This document shows, in pieces, positions 21,701-35,500 of a stretch of DNA of 64,000 nt. Position 1 is the stretch's first letter; each line of letters opens with the position of its first letter. The position numbers were made by a program, and so were the translations under genes. This DNA comes from Thecamonas trahens ATCC 50062 (Eukaryota > Protista > Apusomonadida), in NCBI RefSeq assembly GCF_000142905.1, contig NW_013657625.1, positions 209,411 through 273,410 of the forward strand, written 5' to 3'. The notes under the pieces are model-generated. The model was not told where the DNA came from. It saw only the letters and a list, made by a program, of their open reading frames with translations, and ran no database searches.

Positions 21701-24700
21701 GCCCGCCAGCCACGGGTAGGCAGACATATCCGGCGTCCCGCGGAGAAGCGACATCGAGTCCTTGGTGGTGAGGTGCGAGACCACCAGCCTGGGCGCCGGC
21801 ATGCCGAACCCACTCGGCACCACGGAGTCGCCCTTGAGCAGCGACGGCGCCAGCGGGGCCATCTCCTCGGGCGCCCAGAAGACAACCACATCTGCGGCAG
21901 CATCTCCCCCGACAGCGATGCGGGCATCCGAGTTCAGCGGGCCCTCGAAGTTGGCAAAGTCAACGCCCTCGCCGAGGTCGACGTCCAGCTGCGCAGCGTC
22001 GCCAGACTTCAGCCAGGTGAGCAAGTCGATGCCGCCTCCGGTTGCAGCGTGCAGCACGACGTTGGAGACGCCGGCGCCGAGAAGGCCGTCGCGTCCGCCG
22101 CCAGTTGTCACGTTCATGACGTACCGTGCAGGGCTGGCGGCGTAGGCCAGCTGGCAGGCCGGCTTGCCGTCGCTCCCAGCTGGCACACCAAGGACCGTCG
22201 CCAGCGCCGTCGCCCACGGAGTAGCGGCGATCTGCGGCCGCTGCGGCACGCCCGACTGCGGGGCGGCGCGACAGACACGGTGCGCGGCAAAGTCAAACCA
22301 CTGCGGGATGGCGTCGGGCCCAGTGGCGGTCGCTAGTGTCAACAATGACGCCTCAGCCGTGCCCACAAAGACGGGGGCATGGATGGCCGCAAGCGGATGC
22401 TTGCCGGAGCCCGGCTCACCAAAGGCGATATCGATCGTTCCGTTGGCGATGACGGCTGCTGAAGTAGCGGCCATAGCGAGGTTTGCTGGGCCGACAGATG
22501 CGTAAAGCACTTCGGTGACAGCCGAGACGAGTTTGTGAGAGACGCGCGAGCCACCAACGCCGAGCAGAATTCTCGCCCGGTTGACATCACCGACAAAAGT
22601 GACGCGGAGACCGGCGGTCTTGCCGTTGGTCACCACCACGCCACTGTCAGTCACCGCATACTGCAGCTCGCGGGTATCGTGGCTCGCCATCATGTGCAGC
22701 TCGACGACGTTGTCGGCGTCAGCGCTGACGATTTTGATCTCGCACTCGTAGTCGGTGAGGGTGAGCGCGCCGTTGCCGAGGATGACGGTGTGCTTTCCCC
22801 CGCCTTGCGGGAAGACGTTGAGCGCAGACTCACGGGTGCAGCCGCGCAGGTCGTAGGTCAAGGTGGCGTCGGGTGCTCCGCTGCTGATCCCGTGTAGATT
22901 GACGGTCGTGCCCGAGACCGGCGCAGCCACATACAGCCCGACAGTCTTCTTGTTCGCCGAGGCATGAACGTTGACGTTGAGCGTTTGGATATTGCCAAAG
23001 CCAACACCGCGCGACGGGGCCGAGTCAAAGCCGCCGAGGACAAAGTCGGCCATGACGTCCGCAAAGGTCGCGTCCTTGGCCAGTGTGACACTGAGGCTGT
23101 TGGCGTCACCGCCAGCACCGTTGACCGTGACCAGCGAGCCGAGGGCCGCGAGGTCGGCAACCTCAAAGATGTCGTCGCCATCGCCGCCCGCGGCCGACGT
23201 CGCGGTTCCGACTGGAGCCGCCGCGACGGTAAAGGTCGTGGCCAGCGATGGTGAGCCCTTGAGCTGCAGCCGCGAGAAGAGGCCGTCAGCGGCGAGGGCG
23301 ACCGCCAGCTCCGAGCTTGCACCGAGCATGACGGTAGCAGCCTCGATGCGGATCGCGTCGGTGACGACGTCAATGGTGAGGGTGTCGCCGCCCGAGCCCG
23401 AGAGCGAGACGCCATGGCCACCGTAGGCGACCAGAGCGCCGGAAACGGTCACGTTTGTCGCAGACGCGACCGAGACACTGACCGGGCACACAGCGCCTTG
23501 GACCGCGATGACGGCGCGGTCGACGGGCTCGGTGAGGCTCACGCTTCCACAGGTCTTGCCGAGCGAGGCGCCAGCGCCGCCGGCGGCGCTCACCTTGAGC
23601 GCGCTTGCCACATAGGTGGGCGTCCCACTTGCCGGGGCATGGTACGCCATCGGCAGCTCGACATGAGCGGCGGCGACCGACGGCAGCGCCACAGGCGTCG
23701 CCGACCGCGGCACGACCCGGAAAGCGCCACTGGCGGATCCGGCAAAGGTGACGACCTTGGCGGTGGCGGCGGTGACGCCGCGGGTGGGCAGAGCCTCGCC
23801 GACCGGCTGGCCGGGAACCACAAAGGCAAACCAGAGCATGCCGTTGCCGGCGTCGTCGATGGTGTAGGTGGGCATGGCCGAGGAGCTCAGCAGCATCATG
23901 GACGGATCAACAAGGCCAAGGTTGATGGCGCCAGCGCCCGACGAGACAGCAGGCACCGACTGCGGGTTGAACTTGTCGGTGAAGACCACGTGCGAGCCGT
24001 CCCAGTGGACGACGGTCCAGCACTTGTGAACAAAGACGAGGTGGACGCATGCCTTAATGCCCAGCCCGTACTTGAAGGTGAGTACGATGCCACCGTCGAG
24101 CGAGTGCATCAGGTTGCCGTGCTTCACCAGCCGCGCAATCTGATCAAAGGTAATGACCTCGCCGCCATTCGGGTTGTTGAGTCGGATCGAGACATCGATC
24201 TGGAGCCCGGCGTAGCCGTAGCCCTTGAAGATAAAGACGCCGACCGAGACCTCGCCGGTCATCGACGCGGTAAAGATGAGCGGGTAGTGCGGCGAGCCGT
24301 CTGGGTTGGTGTACGTCACGCCCAAGCCGCGGAACAAGTACGACGGGTTCTTGTAGTGGATCGACTCGTAGACCGCATCGTAAGTGAGAGAGACCTCACC
24401 GACCGAGACTGTGAGCGCAGCCTTAAAGTCTAGCGAGAGCACAACGTGCGGGAACGGCCAGATCGGGATGGGGAAGTGCATACCAAGCGCGAGCGTGGCG
24501 TCCGGAATGGTGACACCCACAATGGCAAAGTTGGTTCCCATCATCATGTCGAGCAGCTTCTCGACAGGGTTGTGCAGGATGTTGTACTCGATGCCAAACG
24601 AGCCCGAGGTGGTCACGCCCGAAACAAACGAGGCAATCTCCTTCTCGTGAGCTTGCGCAACTGCCGAGTTGTACAGGATCTGCTGGGTCTTGGGCGGGAG

Positions 24701-27700
24701 GTAGCCGTCAGGAACAAGAACCGGCTTGTGCAGCGCGAGCTCGAACGAGCCGAGTAGTTTGCTCACGCCGCAGCCCTCGACGCCGAGCGACGAGAGCTCG
24801 TCGGCGACGGCGACAACGTTCATAATCCGGCCGTAAACGCGAATGGCGGTGACGAGCTGGTCGATGTTGCAGTCCGAGGTGAGCTCGCAGAAGAAGCGGG
24901 CGACGCGAAGGGCGTTAAAGTTGGAGCCAAAGATCTTGGACATGCCCGGAATCGGCTTGAGGAGCACGCCGTTGGGGCCAAAGACCTTGTTGAGCGGGTC
25001 GAGGATCTTGGTGACGTGGCCCATCATGGCATCGATGTATTTGACGAGCATGGTGCCGAGGCACATCTCGACGTCGTTGAGCGCGAGCTTGGTCGGCGTG
25101 GTCGACGTCTGCCCGGCCTTGATGTCAAACTCGTACCCAGCCTTGAACGAGGCCTCGTAGTGGATGAACGCGGTGAGCGCCTCCTGCGGCGTGGTGTGGG
25201 CGAGATCGGCAATGAGCGGACCGGCACCCATGAGGCCTTTGCCGCCGAGCTGGGCCGAGATGTCGATGTCGATGTCGGCCTTGGGGAGGAGCGTCAACGC
25301 GAGCGTGCCCTTGAGGTAGGTGTCTGCCGGCGTGGTGATGAGCTCAAAGCCAAGCGGGCCGAGCCCACCGACCAGCTGACAACCGGACGGCATGTCGAGG
25401 TCAACGGTCGACGAGAAGGCCGGCTCGACCGGGAGCGTGACCGAGACGCCGTGGACCGCCGAGTAGACGAGCGCAATAGAAAAGGTCCAGTCGGCCTCTA
25501 GCTGGGCGTTGCATTGGATGTCGAGGTCGAGCAGGCCATGCGCGCCCCAGTCTGAGTTAACCGAGAACAGCGGACGGAGTGCCGAGTTGCCAAACTCGAT
25601 CGACCAGGTGTAGCTGCGAGCCTGAGCATCGTGGGCGACGGTGACCGGCTGCGCCAGGTGTGGAAGGTGCGCGTTGAGCGCGCCGGTCACAATCTCGACC
25701 ACAATCTCGTCGACAGTTGTCGAGACCGGAATGCCCGCCAGCTTGTCGACGAGGTCGACCGAGATCTGGTGGATGATCTGCGAGGCAACGGCCGGTCCGG
25801 TGATGGCGGAGAGTTCGCCGTCAAAGAGGGTAGCGAGCTTCTTGTCAATGAACGCGATGGCCTTGGAGCCGAGGATCGAGTCCGGACCAAACATTTGTGC
25901 CCGCAACTTGGCAAGGTCGGTCGAGAAGGAAGAGAAAAAGGTGCCTGGATGCGAAAAGAACTCGGCCATCCACGACTTTGAGAGGACGGCATCGAGGTTG
26001 GCAACAAAGTCGGCGCACTTTGCGTCCGAGGCGGTGGCGTCGGACGGGTGGGCAAGGGACGGGACGACGACGGAGACCTCGCACTGGGCCGAGTCCACAA
26101 ACGGAAAGGTGATGGCGGCGTCAAAGCCGGCCGAGCCGGCGAGGGTGACACCTGTGCCCGGCGAGGCAGTGAGGGTGGCGGGCGCGGTGTCGCCGACGTC
26201 GGCCGACGCCGCGAGCCACGCGCGCGACTTTGCGACCTCGGCGGTGTAGGGACCAAACTGGAGCTTGAGCTGGCCGTCATCGTGAGCACCGGCAGATGCG
26301 CGAAGGTAGGTGGCGTCCTTGTCGAGCGCGACTTGGACCGGACCCGAAGCCGGGAAGGTGACGTCGAGCACAAGGGCGACGTCGACCTGGGCCGATACCG
26401 CGAGATTGTTTGAGGCTGAGACGCCGGCCGAGAGCGAGCCACCGCCATGGAAGAGCTGGGTGTCCATCACCGAGGCATCGGTGTACGAGGTGGTGTAGGG
26501 GGTAAAGGTCAGCGGGAGCTTGAAGGTCTCGTGGGCGAGCGAGACGTTGGAACAGACCGGGCCGACCTGGTAGTGGAAGGCGTCGGCCATGAACGAGCAG
26601 AAGAGTGCAAGCGACATCGGCTCGCCGCGGTCGCACACTGCGGCCACCGTGTCGTCGTACATGGGCAGCAGCTTGGCGAGGACCCGGCCAAATGGCGAGT
26701 GTTTCATCGGGGCGAGCGGGGTCTGGACGCTGGGGTCGGCCTTGACGTCGGCCAGAAAGTCGACGCCGGCCTTGAGCAGCTCGCACATCGAGGCGTCCTT
26801 TGAGGCGAGGCCCTTGAGCATGCGGATGAGCGCATCGTCACCGGACCATGTGGCGGTGGCCTGGGCCTGCAGGTTGTCCTTGAACTGCTGAAGTGCAGCA
26901 GGTGAAGCGAGGTCTGCGGCGTCGGCGACTGAGAGGTCGACAGTGAGGTGCGGGAGGCCCGGAATCGGGGCAGCAAAGGCATCGACGGCCATGCCGCCGA
27001 CGACGGCCGAAGCGGCGACGGCGGCGTCGAGGGTAAAGGCAGAGAAGAGTGAGGTCGGCTGAGAGCCAGCCTTGAGAGCGGTGGCGGTTGTGAGCCAGGG
27101 AGAGGCAGCGTGGAGGATGAGCGAGGCCGAGGCCTTGGCGGCGACGGATCCGATCTCGACACCGAGCGGCCCGATGGCGCCGTCGAGTTTGCCAGCATGA
27201 AAGGAAGCGGCTGTGGCGAGGCCGACTTCGAGGTCACGGACGACAGCGCGCGACTGGCTCATGACCGGCGCGGCATACTCGAGGCCCGGCAGAGTGATGT
27301 TTGAGATGGAGAGCGAGTACGGAATGACCAGGTGCTGGGTCTCTGGGTTAATGGCAGCGTTGATGGCGATCTCGACTTGCGGCGAGCCCGGGTTGAGGAT
27401 GGGGTCTGGCGCGATGAGGCGGACAGCGAGGACGCCGGCGAGCTCGACGTCGGTGATCTGCGGGAGGAGCGAGGAGAGCAGCTGGTCCGCGACAAGGGCG
27501 CCTGGGCGAAAGGCCAGGTACTGGGCGACCTCGACCGACTTGGGCGGGACGCCGGGCTCGGCGGAGCGGACGACAAATTTGGCAGAGAGCTGAAAGCCGC
27601 CACCAGAGAGCGGGACGCGGGCGGTGGGATAGTCGTCTGTGGCGGAGCCGTTGACAAAGGCGGTCTCGATGGTAATGTTGGCCGACGAGCGGAGCGGAGC

Positions 27701-30700
27701 GCAGCCGTGGACAATGGCGACGTCGGTGTCGATCCAGGCAGCGACTCGGGCGGCGGCAGTGGAGGCCGGCAGATCAAGCGAGATGGGCCCGGCGGAGAGG
27801 CTCGACGGAGCGGATGAGGTGGCGCCGTCAAGAGAGTGGCATTGAAGCCGAGTTTGAAGGAGGTGCCGGGCAGCTGGCCGGAAAAGTAGGCGGCCCAGCC
27901 CGGGACGTTCGGCACGCACGACGGAAGCGACGTGGCCTCGACACTCAGCGGGAGCGGGAGATGGACCAGGGCGTTGATACCGGTCTGCGCGAGGCGGACA
28001 ACAAGATCGTCCCAGCGGGCAAAGACGGGGACTGACGACTCCGACCAGGTGGTGGCGTACGGGGTGAGAAAGTGGGCGTCCGAGGAAGCGGTCATGGTGA
28101 AGGCGCGGACGATGCCCGGTACTGCTGGCTTGAGCGAGAGGACGGTGCAAGTTGCCGAGTCCTGGGAAAAGGCTGGCGAGGTACTCGCGGCCACAAAGGA
28201 TCCCATAGAGAGGCCGTCGTGGCCGGGGAGAGCGCAGCCAGCGAGGCCGGCAGCGACGGCAGCCTCGACGGCAGTCGGCAAGTTTGCGGGCGTGAGCTGC
28301 GTGAGCTTGAACGAGCAGGAAGCCGGAGCGAGGCCGTTGACCGACATCGAGTAGGACTCGGTGTGTGACGCCAGCGGAGCGTCGAGACAGAGCGTGGCGT
28401 ACATGAGCTGCGGCTCGAGCTCGCCGGCCCAGGTGAGCTTGGCAAAGATGGGCTCAAGTGCGGCGGCGACGGCGTCGATGGCGTTGATGCCCTTGCCGAG
28501 GATGGGGAGCGGGAAAGCGGCAGAGCCCGAGGCAAAGGTTGCGACCGAGGAGATGGTGTTGGCGAGGGCAGCGAGGACGTCCTTGGGCGGGGTGGCCGAG
28601 AGGGTAGGCAGGAGCGAGGCGACCGGGCCGGAGGCGTGGAGCGGCGAAGCTGCGCCAGCGGCCGTCGGCGGGTAGTGCGGGTAGCCGACAACGTCGACGG
28701 CGGCGTCGGAGGAGAGCGGGACGGAGCCGTTGACGAGGGCGGCGTTGTCCATGGCGGTGAGGTCCGAGTCGACAATGGAGACCCGCATAGAGAGCATGGA
28801 GCCGGCGAGACCGTCGGTGACGGCATCGGCAGTGACAACAAGGCTCGACGCCGCCGGGAGGTCGAGGTCAAGCGTTAGCGAGCCGCTCGTGACGGCAGCG
28901 GCAGACATGTGCCAGGATGCCGGGGCGGCAAAGCTGTGGGCCGAGCCGGAACCAGCGACGGTGAGCTTGACCGCAGTCGGAGCCGCGGACGAGAATGCAA
29001 GGGTGTGGGTGGCGAGGAGATGGACCGGGATCCGCGAGAGGTCAAGAACGGAGGCCCACGGCGCGTCGGGTGTCTCGACAACCGTGACAAAGACAGAGGT
29101 CTGAACGAGGTCGAGCGACAGGACCGGGGCGGCGGGCGAGCCGGTGAGGCCGAGCGCGATGTTGGCGTGGAGGGCGACAGGGGAGTTGGCGATTGCGGCG
29201 TCAAGGAGGGCATCAAGGCTGCGGGCCGAGATGGAGGGGAGGGCGGAGCTTGTAAGGGTGTCGTGGAGGTCGCCGAGGAGATCAACGATCGGCAGGCCGA
29301 GGACGGTGGGAGTCGGGCCGAGACGGCCGCTGGCCCAAGCATAGGCATCCGAGGTAGTGAGAGTAGCAGTGGCGGCAGCGAGAGCGGTAGCGAGCTGAGC
29401 AGCTCCGGCCTGGTCGACGACGAGCTTGTCGGTGACCGGGGCAGCGGGCTTGGCGAGCGAGGCCCACGAAAAGCCGGCTGATGCCTCGGCCTCGGAGGTG
29501 AGCTCCAGCGTGCGGACTGCGACAGCGCCGGCAGGCGAACAGGTAATGTTGGCAGATGTATAGAGGGCAGAGCCGGACGGAGGGGCACTCAGATTGGAGA
29601 GCGCGGCACGGACGAGTGAGGAGTGGGCGGGTGGAGCGAGCCAAGCGAGCGTATCGAGGTCGAGGGTGCCGGCGAGGTAGGCTGCTGCTGCTGGGGCGTC
29701 GACCGACGATGTGTGCGGGTCAAAGACCGGCGGGTCGTAGTCGGCCAGAGCGGGGAATGCCGACTTGAGCGAGGTAGCCGCAGCAGTAAGAGCGTCGTCG
29801 ATAGCGGCGGCACAGGTTGGCGTGAGCGGGACGGCCAAGGCGGGTGCGCCAAAGGCGAGAGCAAGGGCAGGCGCATCGTCGGTTGTGTAGGGCGGACGGA
29901 ACTCGAGGTTACAGAGCTCGATACCATGAGCGAGACACGTGGCCGGGCCATGTGTGGCAGCGAACCAGGCCCAGAAGCCGTTGCGGGAGGGAACGAGTGT
30001 CGAGCCGAGGTAGTTGTCGATGAGGGCGGGGATGTTGTCGACGGGAATGAGCGAGCTGTTGACAAAGAGAGCGAGCGCAGGCGGAGCGTCGACGGCGGCA
30101 GCGAGACGGGCAAGCGTCAGAGCCAGAGCAGGGCTTGACGGGAGGGCGCGTCCGGGATGGCGACGCCACCGATGGCGGCGGCGGAAAAGAGCGGCGTGAG
30201 CGGAGCGATGCGGGTCGGAGTGGCAGAGAGGGTCGACGAGGCGGAGCCCGAGAAAGTGAGGACGAGACCGCGGCCGAGAGCCGGAAGGATGTCGGGCTGA
30301 GCGGCGATGGCGGGCAGTGGCCAGGACGACGAAGCGGGGTCGAGCGCGGCGGCGGCGGCGAGGACCAGAGCGGCCGAGTCTGCGACAGCCAGTGTGGTGG
30401 CAGAGACCGAGACCGGGACGACAGCGGCAGGCGAGAGCGCAAAGGCGAGCTGCAGGCGCGAGGCGTGGCGGAGCGGGTCGGTGGGAGCAAGCCCGGTCTT
30501 TGCGAAAGCGGCAGCGAGGGTGGATGCCAGAATGGAGGGGCATGTCTCGGCCGTGCATGAGGCGGAGGCCGAGTAAAGAGTCACGCCGAAGACCGACTCG
30601 TCAGGAGAGCGGACGAGGACGCCCGAAGCGAGTGGTGTAAGCGGAGACAAGCCATTGGTAACAAAGCCACCGCGGAGCGAGGCGAAGAGCGTCGTCGGGG

Positions 30701-31564
30701 TATCGGTCCACGACGGGATAGTGTCTGACGGCAGTGCGGCGAGGGCGGCGGCGACGTTTGCGGCAAGGGCGGGCGGCTGGCTAGCCAAGTTGGCCGCGGT
30801 GTGGATAAGCACAACCAGCGGCTGGCCGTCAGCGGCATGCGGATCGAGCACAAGCATGTTGCCGGTTGCTGACGACGAGCCAGCGAGGCTGCAGGAGCCT
30901 GCGTACGGCAGGGCCAGTTCGGGCAGCAGAGCCAGCGGAACATGCGCCAGCGGGAGGGAGAGCTTCAGCTCCAGCTTGCCTTGCACACTCACCTCTGCGC
31001 TAGGAGCAGACGCAAGAGCGGCATCGGCAGTGATGTCAAGAGAATGAGTGATGTCAAGCGAGGAGAGAATCGTGCCCTGAGTGGAAGATGCAGTGACTTC
31101 AGCATCAAGTGACGCCGAGTAGGTGACCTTGATCAGAGTCAGGTGATCTAGCCCCGGGATGGTTGAGGGAACCGGAACCGAGACGATAGTTGCAGGAACG
31201 ACGACATGAATTGCCGAGTCAGAAGACGATGGCGAGCATGTTGATGAGCTCGAGATAGCTTCAAGTAGCCGAGTTGAGAACAGCGCACCAACTGCCGAGG
31301 ACTTTGGAAGGAGATCCGGGTACGGTGGGTTGTCTGAGCAGAAGGGAGGGGGAATGGAGTGAGTGGGAAAGGGGGGGGGGGGGATAGAGCGGGGAGGAGA
31401 AAATGGCATGAGAAGAAGGACGTACTCATGACAACACCCATCATTGCCTTGCAAAGGTCGGACATGTCGGTGACCTTGACCGACGCGGAGGCCGAGGTGA
31501 CCGTAGTGGCCGAGGTCAGTGTCACACACACAAGCAAGAGTGTGAGCATTGTGTACCACCTCAT
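18800..31564 (-). CDS. Giant (~4,220 aa) secreted multi-pass membrane surface protein; exon 1 31564..31426, exon 2 31333..18800 with two frameshifts (~30145, ~27830)
   Basis: Signal peptide MRWYTMLTLLLVCVTLTSA. The intron joins in phase 1 to NPPYPDLL. Three overlapping ORFs of uniform composition continue one another. The protein has RTX-like GGxGxD motifs, a Cys-rich juxtamembrane block and ~8-9 hydrophobic helices at the C-terminus. Confidence 0.78.
31334..31425 (-). other. GT-AG intron (phase 1, 92 nt)
   Basis: Donor GTACGT and acceptor ..cccttctgctcAG. It links the signal-peptide exon to the long ORF. Confidence 0.85.
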
Positions 31565-32412
31565 ATTGTTAGAGGGTTGGAGTAGAGGTGGTGGTTGTGG
31601 TGGTTGCGATGGTGGTAGATGGAGAGGTGTGTTGGTCTTGTACGGGTTGTGTGTGTGTGTGTGTGTGTGTGTCTCGTGGGATCAGCAGCGGCTGTTACAG
31701 TTTGGAGCAGTGCACGTCACGTGCAGCTTGACCCACCGACGTAGACGCGCGTGATTTGGCAGATAAGGTGAGAGTGAGGGCGAAGGGGATGATGGTATGG
31801 GAACGATAGTGGGTGGATAGCAGAGGAAGGAGGGTGTAGGGTTGGGTATGGGGGCTAGGGATTGGTGGTGTGTGGGGTTGTTGCGCTGTGATCGCTACCG
31901 CTACGGTGGTGGTGGTTGTGACGGTGGTGCCGTGACAGACGTGGGTGATGTGATCGACCTGGTGCGCGTTGGATGAGCGCGCGTGATATGGCAGTTAGAG
32001 AGGGTGATTGGGAAGAATACGGAAAAAAAGGGTTGATGTGGGAGATGGACATGCGGTTGTGACGGATGTCGTAGTGTGTGGTTTGTGGGAAAGGCTCAGC
32101 CGGCTGTGACGGACGGCGCGCGCGCTGCCTTGACTGACAGACGACATGCGGGGGCGATATCGGATGCGAAGGTGCTACGTAATGTGGCTATGGTCGATAT
32201 TCAGATCGGTTGGAGTTGTCAACTGTGGTCTAAGGGCTGTGGACTGTCTGCCCTTGTGATGGGAGCTGCTGCGGTCTCCCGTGTGATGCACAGATGACAT
32301 TGGCTAGACAGACCAGTCCGGCACTCGATCGATAGGCGATACGACTACCCATCTCAAAACACATTGATCTTGTACGACGATGTGCATCTGGGCGGAAGCA
32401 GAGACCGAGAGC

Positions 32413-32531
32413 TAGCCAGGCAACCAGCCATCCAACCAGCCAGCCAACCAGCCAACCAGCCCGCCCGCCCGCCCGCCCGCCCGCCCGCCAGCCCGCCAGC
32501 CCGCCAGCCCGCCAGCCCGCCAGCCCGCCAG
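32413..32531. repeat. Compound tandem repeat (CCAG/CCAA)n-(CCCG)n-(GCCAGCCC)n just upstream of the giant coiled-coil gene
   Basis: Directly visible. Confidence 0.9.
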
Positions 32532-32573
32532 CACGCCATCTCCAGCACCGACACTCGTCGCCGAATCGCCCGC

Positions 32574-35500
32574 ATGTCATCGCTGACGCCCGCTGCGGCG
32601 AGCCGGCGTATTGCCGAGCTACAGTTCCTCTTGGAACGAGAGAGGGCCGCACACGTACGTACACCACATACACGCCCACACTTTCAACTGTGTGTGTGTG
32701 TGGAAGGGGGGAGGGGGGAGGGCTGGCGTGGTGGTGGACGAGGGGAGGCGATGGCGGGCAAGTTCGGCGCCAAAAGGGGAAAGGCTTTGAGAGGTGGTGT
32801 GAGCGTGGGTGTAGTGAATGACAGAGACTGATATGGTTTGTTTGTCGGTGTGTGTATGTATGTGTATGTGTGTGTATGTATATGTCTAGGCGGCGGAGTT
32901 GCGCAAGTATGAAGACTCGGTCTATGGTTATAGGTCGGTGGAGAGCTCCATGTATCACCTGGTTCACACACTTGCTTCGGAGCAGCAATCACTTCTGGAG
33001 CTCCTGGCTCATACTGTCGAGCTGCCAGAGGCTCCGGCAGAGCTCAAGATGGATATGGAGCTGGTGTCAAGGCAGCACGCTCGGGTTATGGAAGAGTTGG
33101 CAAGGCTCTCGCCGGAACAGCTCTCGTCGGCCGCAGCAGAGACCTCTGTGGCTCTCGAGACCCGAGCGGTCGTCAGCCCGCTCCGCAACTTGTTTGACCT
33201 CCATCCGGAGCTCAAAGCCCACGCACCAGACCACGGCATCGGCCTGGCGACACGTGACCCGCATGCTGTGGTGCGGCTCTCGGCAACAGTGCTCGAGACG
33301 CTGAACGGAGAGAACGCCAAGCTCACCACCTCGCTCGCCGACGCGCTGCGCGAAGTTGAGGAGCTCGAGGCGAAGCTCGAGGCGTCGAGTGCTGCGGCAA
33401 CTGCTGCTGTGGCCTTGCCCGAGGAGGCAGCAGCTAGTACAGCTGCCAGTACGGCGGCTGCGGTCGCGGCCAACACGGCTCAGTTTGAGGCACGGCAGGC
33501 GGCGCTGGAGGCCGAGAACGCCCGCTTGCTTGAACAGATCAAGAGCTTGGAGGATGGTATTTTGTTCCTTGACGACAAGGTGACCCGGCTGGAGAGCGAG
33601 GCCGCTGCTGCGGCGGTCACGCCCGCGGTCACGCCCGCGGCTAGCGCCGCGCCCGCCCAGTACGGTGCGCGGCCGGCATCTCCAGCGCCGTCGCCAGCGT
33701 TATCGTCGTCGTCGTCATCGTTGTCGTCATTGTCGTCGCCCCCGCCGTCGCACGTGCGTTCACCACAGGCGCCACCGCCGCCCGTGGCGGCAGTGCCGAC
33801 GACCACTCCGCACCTTACCGAGTACATCGCGACGGTGGCAGACCTGCGGCGGGCGCTGGCAGACCAGCTGGCGTCGGTTCCCGAGGTCAAGGTTGCGGTG
33901 CCGACCCGGTCCCCGATACGGGCCGTCGGCTTTGATGTAAGCGCTGTCAAGGACGTACAGCACCAGAACCATGTCGTGGCCGACAAGCTGATGGCCACGG
34001 TCACCGACCTCTCGCAGCGACACGTCGCACTGAGCGACGACTACGAGACGCTGAGCGCCGAGCACGAGGCGCTGGCCAGGCTCCACGACGAGGTTGTTCA
34101 GCAGCGCGACGTGTTTACCCGGCGTGCGCACAAGTATCGCGACCGTGCGCGGGAGCTTGAAGCGACGCTTGCGGCCGGCGAGAGTCATGCCGATGCCGAC
34201 TTGCGCGCTGAGCGCGACGCCGCGGTGGCAGCTGCGGACGCCGCCGCGGCTACGGCAGACTCGCTCCTGGCGACTTCGCACGAAATCCTCGCCGACCGCA
34301 ACACGTTCTTTGAGCGGGCAAACCGCCATCGGGCCCAGGCCAAGGAGCTCGAGTCGCGGCTGGCAGCGGCCGAGGCGACGGCGGCTACCACAAGCGAAGC
34401 ACTGGCGGAGCGCGCTGCGCAGCTTGAAGCCGCGCGTGCTGAACTGGGCCGACTGGTGGCGAAGGTGCCTGGCGAAGCGAGGCAGCGCGCCCGCAGCCCG
34501 CCAGGCTTCACGCCCAACGTCCACCGCTACGCCGACGCGCTCGCCGAGGCTGCTGTGCTCGCCAACGAGTTGGCCTCGTCCAACGACGCGCTGGCGGCGC
34601 GGCTCGCCGCCGCTCGCGACGAGCTCTGGAACTCGCGGGCGCAGGCGGCGCTGGCGGCGTCGGCGAGTGAGGCGTCGGCGCGACAGGCGAGCGAGGCGGC
34701 CGAAACACTGGCAGCTCAGGCCGCCACCATTGCTCGTCTCCAAGCCGAGGTCCAGGGCGCAAGCGAGGCCAATGCCAAACTGACGGCGGCGTCAGCGGCG
34801 TCGGCGGCGTCGATCGCTGCAGCGGCCTCGGCCGGCGAGTCGGCCGAGCTCCGCCGCGAGCTGGAGCGACTGACTGCCGAGCTTGAGGCGACGAACGCTG
34901 GAACTCGCGCCCTCCGCGACCGGGTTGTTGCCGAGGATGTGCGGCTCGAGCGGGTGTCTGCGCTCTCGGCGGGTCTGGCCTCGTTTGTTGCCGAGACACA
35001 GGCGCTGCTTGAGCGCCGCGACGAGCAGCTTACAGAGGCCAAGCATGCACTGGACGCGACGCTGGCACGGCTGCGTGCGCTGGAGGCTAAGGCGGACGAC
35101 GCGGCACAGAGAACAGCGAGTGAGGAGACGCCGGCGTCGCTGCTCCGACTCAGCGATTTGCTGCAGGCCAAGGTAGCGTCTCTTGTGGGCTCACAGGCGT
35201 CGTCGCTGCGGCTGTATCTCGCACGCGTCCACGCGCTCAAGGCCCAGCTGGGCGACGCGCTCGCGGTGTCCGAGGCAAACCGGGCAGCCGAGGCGGCCGG
35301 CTATGCGGCGTCGGTGTCTGCGCTGCAGGCGGCGGCGAGCGAGCTGGAGGATCAGGTGGTCGAGCTTCAGGACGCAGTGCGGGACAAGGACGCGGACGCG
35401 GAGACACTGGAAGCGCGGGTTGCGCAGTTGGAGCGGGCGCTATCGGCGACCGACTCGCGGCTGCTGCTGCGGTCCGCCGCAACGATGCGCAAGCTGCGAA

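Noticed and set aside
30140-30170. Tiny GT-AG intron explaining the frameshift
   Set aside because: The nearby GT..AG pairs (36 nt and 31 nt) do not restore the downstream frame.
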